From Gemmata obscuriglobus (GTDB taxonomy: Bacteria; Planctomycetota; Planctomycetia; Gemmatales; Gemmataceae), in contig NZ_CP042911.1 of NCBI RefSeq assembly GCF_008065095.1, positions 6,480,001 through 6,512,000 on the forward strand: a stretch of 32,000 nt of DNA, in the 5' to 3' direction. Shown here in pieces: positions 26,611-32,000 of this stretch. Under the pieces are notes generated by a model. The model ran no database searches, was not told where the DNA came from, and saw only the letters and a program-made list of their open reading frames with translations. Both the position numbers and the translations under genes were made by a program. Within the stretch, counting starts at the first letter, position 1. Each line of letters begins with the position of its first letter.

Positions 26611-27435
26611 ATGAAACGGTTAAGCGTCGGGTTCGTCGCGCTGGTCGTCGCGGTCGGCGCGGCGTGCGCGCAAGAGAAGAAAACCGCCACCATCACGATC
26701 ACGGCCCCGGACGCGGGGTACAAGGACACGATCTTGAAGGTGGACGGCACCGCGGTCAGCGGCAGCGGGGGCAAGTTCACGTTCACCACCCCGGCGCTCG
26801 AGTCCGGCAAGGAGTACAAGTTCAAGGTCGAAGCGCTGATCGAGCCGAACAACTACACGAAGATCACCCGCCCCCGAGAAGTCACCGTGAAGGCCGGCGA
26901 CGCGGCCACACTCGATCTGACGAAGGAAGACAAGGCGCTCGACAAGATCGTCGTGCGGTGGGTGCCGACGCCGAACGACATCGTGGACGAGATGGCCAAA
27001 ATGGCGAAGGTGAACAAGAACGATGTCATCTTCGATCCGGGCTGTGGCGACGCCGTGATGCTCATCCGCCCCATGAAGCTGCTCGGCGCGAAAAAGGGCA
27101 TCGGCATCGACATCGACCCGAAGATGGTCAAGAAGGCCCAAGAGAAGGCAATGGAGGAAGGCGTTGCGGAGAAGGTCGTCATCAAGGAAGGCGACATCCT
27201 CAACGAAAAGGACATGGCAATCGCCTCCGAGGCGAGCGTGGTCCTCATCTACATCGGCGACGACCTGGGCGCACGAATGGCACCGGTCCTCCAGAAACTG
27301 CTGAAGCCGGGCACCCGGATTGTGTCGCACCGGTTCAAACTCGGCGACTGGAAGCCGGACCGGACGGTGACGGTCCGGGGCGCCGACGGCGACGAGTACG
27401 TGCTGCACTACTGGGAAGTGAAAGAGAAGAAGTAG
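26611..27435 (+). CDS. Exported protein: signal peptide + TIGR03000-like beta domain + class I SAM-dependent methyltransferase domain
   Basis: The N-terminus MKRLSVGFVALVVAVGAACAQE looks like a Sec signal. ATITITAPDAGYKDTILKVDGTAVSGSGGKFTFTTPALESGKEYKFKVEA...REVTVKAGDAATLDL resembles the planctomycete TIGR03000 domain. WVPTPNDIVDEMAKMAKVNKNDVIFDPGCGDAVMLI...GIDIDPKMVKKAQE...LKPGTRIVSHRFKLGDWKPD is a Rossmann methyltransferase core. Confidence 0.7.
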   Translation: MKRLSVGFVALVVAVGAACAQEKKTATITITAPDAGYKDTILKVDGTAVSGSGGKFTFTTPALESGKEYKFKVEALIEPNNYTKITRPREVTVKAGDAATLDLTKEDKALDKIVVRWVPTPNDIVDEMAKMAKVNKNDVIFDPGCGDAVMLIRPMKLLGAKKGIGIDIDPKMVKKAQEKAMEEGVAEKVVIKEGDILNEKDMAIASEASVVLIYIGDDLGARMAPVLQKLLKPGTRIVSHRFKLGDWKPDRTVTVRGADGDEYVLHYWEVKEKK

Positions 27436-27685
27436 GCGCCAGTGCGAGACGGACGAACCAAGCGAACGCGCTCCGCCACTTGCCGCGTGTGGATCTTGAA
27501 CCCGTCCTTGGCGGCGGCTGTGATTGTCACCGCCGCCGACCCGCTCCTGAACATCGGCGATGAGTACCGTAGAGACCACACCCGCCCGAGCGAATTACCC
27601 TATAGACCGTCTACAATCAAACACTTTCTCTAGACCAGCAAAGGTGATGGCTCGGCCCTCCGGTGGTGTCGTAGGCATTGGCACG

Positions 27686-27696
27686 CCCCCCCCCCC
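27686..27696. repeat. Homopolymeric C11 (G11 on the minus strand) tract
   Basis: Read directly (gcacg ccccccccccc agag). It lies 30 nt beyond the stop of the epimerase gene, in the convergent spacer. Confidence 0.9.
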
Positions 27697-27725
27697 AGAG
27701 TGTGTGAAGACGGCCGAGCCGCCGC

Positions 27726-28667
27726 TCACGCCCGTACCCCCATGCGAAAGGGATCGGCCGGGTCGAACAGCAGGTCCGACTCGGCGGTCAAGTACGCTGT
27801 ACCCGTGATGTGCGGGCTGATGCCGCTTCCGGCCGGTTCGTACCGGCCCTCGAATACGGCGCCCAGGATGCCCTCCTGGCGCCACACGGCCCCGGGTTTC
27901 AGTTTGCCGTCCGCCGCGAGGCACGCGAGCTTGGCGCTCGTGCCGGTGCCGCACGGCGAGCGGTCGTACGCCCCGCCGGGGCACAGTACGAAGTTGCGCG
28001 CGTTGTTGTTCGGGTCGGCGGGCGGGCCGATTAGTTCGATGTGGTCGATCGGGGCGCCGCCGGCGCCGGTCACCCCGGCGCGTTCGAGGGCGGCGCGGAC
28101 CCGCAGCGCGTAGTCGGTGAGCGGGCCGACCGAACCGACGTCCAGTCGGAGCCCGTCCGGAACCGCCGTCAGGAAGAACCAGTTGCCGCCCCAGGCCACG
28201 TCACCGGTCACCGGCCCCACCCCCTCAACCGGGACGACGACCCCGGCCGCGTGCCGGTAGCTGGGGACGTTGAGCACCCCGACGGTGGGGCCGCCGCGGT
28301 GCTCAACGACGACCGGGCCGACGGGCGTGTCGACGCGGTACCGCCCGGGCGCCGTCCGCCCCAGGTGCGCGAGTGTAACGGCCAAGCCGATCGTGGCATG
28401 CCCGCACATCCCGAGCGGGCCGACGTTGTTGAAGTAGATGACCCCGGCCGCGCACCCGGGTTCGTGCGGTTCGACCAGCAGCGCGCCGACCAGCACGTCC
28501 GAGCCGCGTGGCTCGTTCACCACCGCGGACCGGAACCGGTCGAACTCGCGCCGGAACAGGTCGCACCGGGCGGCCAGCGGGCCGGTGCCCAGGTCCGGCC
28601 CGCCCGAGACGACCACCCGGGTGGGCTCGCCCCCGGTGTGGGAATCGATCACACGAACGCGCTGCAT
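27726..28667 (-). CDS. Proline racemase-family enzyme, most likely 4-hydroxyproline 2-epimerase
   Basis: 313 codons from ATG 28667 ([20 protein letters not shown]); the track ORF starts at 28751. Both catalytic cysteine contexts are present ([11 protein letters not shown] and [16 protein letters not shown]). This indicates an epimerase/racemase rather than the Cys/Thr dehydratase subtype. Confidence 0.82.
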   Translation of the reverse strand: MQRVRVIDSHTGGEPTRVVVSGGPDLGTGPLAARCDLFRREFDRFRSAVVNEPRGSDVLVGALLVEPHEPGCAAGVIYFNNVGPLGMCGHATIGLAVTLAHLGRTAPGRYRVDTPVGPVVVEHRGGPTVGVLNVPSYRHAAGVVVPVEGVGPVTGDVAWGGNWFFLTAVPDGLRLDVGSVGPLTDYALRVRAALERAGVTGAGGAPIDHIELIGPPADPNNNARNFVLCPGGAYDRSPCGTGTSAKLACLAADGKLKPGAVWRQEGILGAVFEGRYEPAGSGISPHITGTAYLTAESDLLFDPADPFRMGVRA

Positions 28668-28719
28668 CGTGGGCTCCTGCTCGCGGGGGAAAGGACCGCC
28701 AGCGGCGGTGCGGCGGCAC

Positions 28720-29214
28720 TCACGGCTGTTTGGGGCCGCCGGCTTTATCAATGATACCCTTCAGCGAGCCCTGCTTGTGACCTTCCGTCGGCGGGTCCAT
28801 TTTCGGCTTCGGTCCGGTGCCGGGGGACTGCAGCCGGGCGAAATCGGCTTCAGAGATGGTCGACACCTCGCCGCGGACGTTCACCGCCGCACGGCGGCCT
28901 CCGGCACCGGCGCGTTCACAGGCCACCACGTCGCCCGGCGCGACCGCCCGGAAGTTGACGACCAGCGGTTGGTCGTCGTTGGGCGAGCGGAGCACCTCGT
29001 CGGGCGGGCCGAAGCGTTCGAGGTACGGACGCAGTTCGGCGTCGGTCTTCGGGGGCCGGCCCAGGCCGGCCGTCGCCTCGCTGAAGCCCTTGGACACCGC
29101 CACCAGTTTGTCGTTGACCGACGCGTTGCGGGGGTCGACCGGGCGGGGCTCGGAGCCACAACCGGCGGCCGCGACGAGGGCACAACACGCTAACCACAGG
29201 ATCACGGGACGCAT
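28720..29214 (-). CDS. Hypothetical lipoprotein
   Basis: 164 codons from ATG 29214. [22 protein letters not shown] is a signal peptide with a lipobox (AAAGC). I recognise no family. Confidence 0.6.
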   Translation of the reverse strand: MRPVILWLACCALVAAAGCGSEPRPVDPRNASVNDKLVAVSKGFSEATAGLGRPPKTDAELRPYLERFGPPDEVLRSPNDDQPLVVNFRAVAPGDVVACERAGAGGRRAAVNVRGEVSTISEADFARLQSPGTGPKPKMDPPTEGHKQGSLKGIIDKAGGPKQP

Positions 29215-29253
29215 GACCGACCTCGGTGAGTGTACGCGGACCGCCGCCCCGGC

Positions 29254-29306
29254 GGGTCCGGGGCGACACACAGGGTACACCGTCGCCCCGGTGGGTCCGG
29301 GGCGAC
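29254..29306. repeat. 14-nt direct repeat (GGGTCCGGGGCGAC x2) able to form mutually exclusive GC hairpins
   Basis: GGGGCGAC (29260-67), GTCGCCCCGG (29282-91) and CCGGGGCGAC (29297-306): the middle segment can pair with either flank. It lies between DUF1559 gene 1 and the lipoprotein gene. Confidence 0.6.
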
Positions 29307-29316
29307 GGGACGCCGC

Positions 29317-30252
29317 TTACAACTGGTTCAGGTCGAGAACGTTCCCGTCGTCCCGCATCCCGAGGTTGAGGAAGACGGCGCTGTCGACGTTGAACCGGAT
29401 GGAGCGCACCGAGCCGTCGCACAGCACCGCGTTGATGCCGCTGGAGTGGGCCGAGCCGAACCGGGCCGCGGACCACCACGCCCACCCGGACGACCCGTCC
29501 CCCTTGGGCATCCGGTCGCTCCACGGGCTGAGGGTGGCGGGCCGCACAATCGCCCACCCGAAGCCGGTGGCCTGCGACTCCAGCCCGCAGCAGTAGTCCG
29601 GGTCCGAGGGGGCCGTTTGGTACGCGGTCGAGAGGACCCACTTCTCGCCGATCAGCAGGGTGTTCGAGGTGCCGTCGGTCATTTGGCCGAGCCGCACCCC
29701 GCCGCGCGAGTAGTCCACCATCGCTCCGTGGGCCTGGGAGTCGTCGCCATACGAGCCGACGTAGTCGGTGACGTAGTACGAGTCGAGCCCGCGGACGAAC
29801 TTCCGCGCCCCGCCCCGGGACGGGCACCCGTACATCTTGATGGCGGTCTGGGACATGGTGGTCGGGTTGCCGGTCTGCCACAACGACTGCTGCTCGAGGT
29901 ACGGCAGCACCTGGTACTGCCACCCGGCCCACTGGTTGGTGGGGTCCTCCTTGTACGGGTTACCCTCAGGGGCGAACTCCGCGCCGCTGCCGTTCGGCTT
30001 CGGGGCGATCGCGCCGTTGACCGTCCGCCAGTACCCGAGCCCGCCGTTCGGCAGCGCCCCGACGGTCTCGTGGTGGTTGTGGCACCCGAGCCCGATCTGC
30101 TTCAGGTTGTTCGTACACTGGAGGCGCGCGGCGGCCTCGCGCACCTTCTGCACCGCGGGCAGCAGTAGCCCGATCAGGATGGCAATAATGGCGATCACCA
30201 CCAGCAACTCGATCAGCGTGAACCCCGACGGCTTGCGCACAGGTCCGGCCAT
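29317..30252 (-). CDS. DUF1559 protein with prepilin-type N-terminal cleavage/methylation domain and C-terminal H-X9-DG motif
   Basis: [62 protein letters not shown] is the canonical planctomycete DUF1559 N-terminus. The C-terminal [12 protein letters not shown] fits H-X9-DG. GGAGGAA lies 7 nt upstream of the ATG. Confidence 0.9.
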   Translation of the reverse strand: MAGPVRKPSGFTLIELLVVIAIIAILIGLLLPAVQKVREAAARLQCTNNLKQIGLGCHNHHETVGALPNGGLGYWRTVNGAIAPKPNGSGAEFAPEGNPYKEDPTNQWAGWQYQVLPYLEQQSLWQTGNPTTMSQTAIKMYGCPSRGGARKFVRGLDSYYVTDYVGSYGDDSQAHGAMVDYSRGGVRLGQMTDGTSNTLLIGEKWVLSTAYQTAPSDPDYCCGLESQATGFGWAIVRPATLSPWSDRMPKGDGSSGWAWWSAARFGSAHSSGINAVLCDGSVRSIRFNVDSAVFLNLGMRDDGNVLDLNQL

Positions 30253-30355
30253 ACCAAGTTCCTCCGACGAAAGGAATGAAATGGGTCAACCCTGGAGACG
30301 CTGGGTCAGAGACGTGGAACCAATCTCGGCCGTTCTTTCGGTACTCGGAACCGGT

Positions 30356-30406
30356 CCGACCGGGCGGTGTGCCGCCCGGTCGGAAGTCGGGCGGTGTGCC
30401 GCCCGA
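30356..30406 (-). terminator. Two tandem GC hairpins sharing the 18-nt core CGGGCGGTGTGCCGCCCG, just after the small lipoprotein gene
   Basis: CCGACCGGGCGG-tgtg-CCGCCCGGTCGG (12 bp, perfect) and TCGGGCGG-tgtg-CCGCCCGA (8 bp), with a 27-nt period. They start 6 nt past the TAG stop (30414-30412). No U tract. Confidence 0.45.
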
Positions 30407-30411
30407 TCAGA

Positions 30412-30579
30412 CTACTTGGCCCCCGCCGCCGGCTTCGGGGGCGGGCCGCCGGGGCCGCCCGGTTTCGGGGGCGGGTTGTTCAGGTCAGCCGGCTTCGTGA
30501 GCGGTTCCCGCTCGCACCCGGTCAGCACCGCGAGTACGGTTGCGAGACAGACCAGCCGACTGACGGCGTTGCGGATCAT
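30412..30579 (-). CDS. Small (55 aa) lipoprotein with a Pro/Gly-rich tail
   Basis: ATG 30579 is preceded by AAGGAGAG. MIRNAVSRLVCLATVLAVLTGCEREP is a signal peptide with a lipobox (LTGC). The tail is PPPKPGGPGGPPPKPAAGAK. The track embeds it in a longer shadow ORF (30412-30927). Confidence 0.6.
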   Translation of the reverse strand: MIRNAVSRLVCLATVLAVLTGCEREPLTKPADLNNPPPKPGGPGGPPPKPAAGAK

Positions 30580-30604
30580 GTGACTCTCCTTGAGTGACAG
30601 AGGG

Positions 30605-31633
30605 TTACTGCCCGCCCATCGCGTCGAAGTTGACCGGGACGCCGTCCGAGGTGCCGCCGGCGTACACCGCGTTCTTCCAGGCGTCGCTGCCCCAGCCGGC
30701 GTACCAGCTTGAACCCATCTTGCGGATCGAGCGGACCGACCCGTCGCCGTAAACGAACTGGGCGACCCCGGTGTGACGGCTGCCGAACGACTCCCACCCC
30801 GACGGACCCGGGTCGGTGATCCCGAACAGGAAGGTGAAGGTGCCCGCGCCCATCCACGACAGCCGCTCGTTCCCGGCGGTCCCGACCGTCTCGCCGAACA
30901 GAATGGTTTGAGACGTGCCGTCCGCAATGGTTGACAGCTTCTGCTTGGTGTTGAGCCCGAACGGTCCGGCCATCGAGCGCCAGGTAACGGTCGTGGACCC
31001 GTACGCCGGGCCGTTCCCGTCGGACTGCCCGTTCCCGCCGGCCGAGGCCATGTAGTTGGTCACCCCCGGGTTGCCGCCGGCGGCGGTGAACGTCGGCAGC
31101 CCGGTCCAGTTGTAGTTGATGAAGTACCCCGGCCCTGGGACACAGATGGCGGTAGTGGCCGCGATCCAGTACGGCATGTTGGCCGATGCGTTGTCCGACG
31201 GGCACTCGAACATCGTCACCCGGTTGATCGAGACCTTCAGGGCCGTTGCGTCGTTGGTCCACAAGCTGGCGATCGTCGGCGCGCCGCCACCGGCGTCCGC
31301 CGGGAGCGAGGAGGGGACGATCAGAAGGGCCGCGGGGATCTGGCGGTACAGGTTGTCCTGCTCGATGAACGGCAGCAGGTAGGTCAGCGTACCGATCCCG
31401 CTCGCGGTGTTCGTGCCCGGCGGCAGGTTGCCGTAGGTGCTGTCGTAGTTGTGGGCGGCCAGGCCCATTTGCTTGAGGTTGTTCTGACACTTCATGCGGG
31501 CCGCCGCCTCCCGCACCTTTTGCACCGCCGGCAGCAGAAGCCCGATGAGGATGGCAATAATGGCGATCACCACCAACAGTTCGATCAGCGTAAACCCGAA
31601 AGCACTGCGAGTTCTCGAACGCATGAGCATCAT
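30605..31633 (-). CDS. DUF1559 protein with prepilin-type N-terminal domain and H-X9-DG motif (second paralogue)
   Basis: Start is at one of the ATGs 31633/31630/31624 ([63 protein letters not shown]). The C-terminal [12 protein letters not shown] fits H-X9-DG. The first ~110 nt after the signal region are very similar at nucleotide level to those of gene 29317-30252. Confidence 0.88.
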   Translation of the reverse strand: MMLMRSRTRSAFGFTLIELLVVIAIIAILIGLLLPAVQKVREAAARMKCQNNLKQMGLAAHNYDSTYGNLPPGTNTASGIGTLTYLLPFIEQDNLYRQIPAALLIVPSSLPADAGGGAPTIASLWTNDATALKVSINRVTMFECPSDNASANMPYWIAATTAICVPGPGYFINYNWTGLPTFTAAGGNPGVTNYMASAGGNGQSDGNGPAYGSTTVTWRSMAGPFGLNTKQKLSTIADGTSQTILFGETVGTAGNERLSWMGAGTFTFLFGITDPGPSGWESFGSRHTGVAQFVYGDGSVRSIRKMGSSWYAGWGSDAWKNAVYAGGTSDGVPVNFDAMGGQ

Positions 31634-31727
31634 ACCAAACCTAGGAATAAACACGCCAACACCGGAGATATTTTCCCGAGAGAGGCGGGCGAACGAGAGG
31701 CGATTTGGCTGGCGGGCGAGCACCACC

Positions 31728-31784
31728 GGAAAACAACGTTCACCGTGTGAACGGCCGCTCCCGGGGCCACGGCCTCGGGAGCGG
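31728..31784 (-). terminator. Double hairpin + U-rich tract after the DapA-family gene
   Basis: On the minus strand, CCGCTCCCGAGGCC-gt-GGCCCCGGGAGCGG is followed by GTTCAC-acg-GTGAAC and then GTTGTTTTCC. It starts 9 nt after the TGA stop (31795-31793). Confidence 0.55.
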
Positions 31785-31792
31785 TTGTCATC

Positions 31793-32000
31793 TCACGCAC
31801 CCGGGCGGCTGCTCAGCCCGCTCCGGATGATGCCGAGTACGCGCTCGCGCTCGGCGCCGGTCAGCGGGCGCCGGGGCTCGCGGACCCATTCGGCGCCGAG
31901 ACCGGCTTCCTGAACCATGAGCTTGATGTACTGCACGAACTTGGGATGCGTGTCGAGTTTCATGAGGGGCGCGGCCCACCGGTACAACTGGCGCGCCTCG
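31793..32000 (-). CDS. Dihydrodipicolinate synthase (DapA/NAL) family protein, C-terminal fragment (gene continues beyond the window)
   Basis: The frame stays open to the window edge (…EARQLYRWAAPLMKLDTHPKFVQYIKLMVQEAGLGAEWVREPRRPLTGAERERVLGIIRSGL). The LDT-x-KxVQYIKL…VRxPRxPLxGxER pattern is typical of C-termini in this family. Only about 68 codons are visible. Confidence 0.5.
   Translation of the reverse strand, partial: EARQLYRWAAPLMKLDTHPKFVQYIKLMVQEAGLGAEWVREPRRPLTGAERERVLGIIRSGLSSRPGA

Noticed and set aside
27560-27808. 82-aa plus-strand ORF containing the C11 tract (…GIGTPPPPECVKTAEPP…).
   Set aside because: Its 3' third overlaps the well-supported epimerase gene on the opposite strand. 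The poly-Pro stretch is just the homopolymer translated, and there is no family resemblance.

Overview
Very GC-rich bacterial chromosomal segment (about two-thirds G+C by eye). The gene content suggests Planctomycetota, probably Gemmata-like: two DUF1559/H-X9-DG prepilin-like paralogues, a TIGR03000-like domain protein, and long Arg/Pro-rich shadow ORFs on every antisense frame. This placement is inference only.

Layout:
(i) 1-13.9 kb: a plus-strand chemosensory cluster, cheA-cheW-mcp-mcp-cheR::cheD-cheB-cheY-cheX. It is interrupted twice by outer-membrane beta-barrel genes on the minus strand.
(ii) 14.4-16.9 kb: clpC, with a clear intrinsic terminator.
(iii) 17.2-23.3 kb: a minus-strand tetR-MFP-RND-doxX efflux operon with ATGA start/stop overlaps.
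(iv) 23.5-25.15 kb: a visibly lower-GC patch holding a frameshifted hypothetical gene and about 690 bp with no convincing coding frame.
(v) 25.2-32 kb: a ThrC-family gene carrying an in-frame palindromic tandem repeat, an exported TIGR03000-like/SAM-methyltransferase fusion, a 4-hydroxyproline epimerase, two DUF1559 + small-lipoprotein modules, and a partial DapA-family gene.

I recognised no rRNA, tRNA, CRISPR array, transposase or integrase.

I do not see a self-contained, clearly novel multi-gene system such as a defence island. The most unusual items I can support from the sequence are:
- the CheR-CheD fusion, together with receptors ending in GF(A/T)DF pentapeptides;
- the near-identical 3' modules of the two receptors;
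- the palindromic 48-bp x2 insertion inside thrC;
- the frameshifted gene and orphan promoter/terminator pair in the low-GC patch.

All homology statements come from motif recognition by eye, not from database searches.
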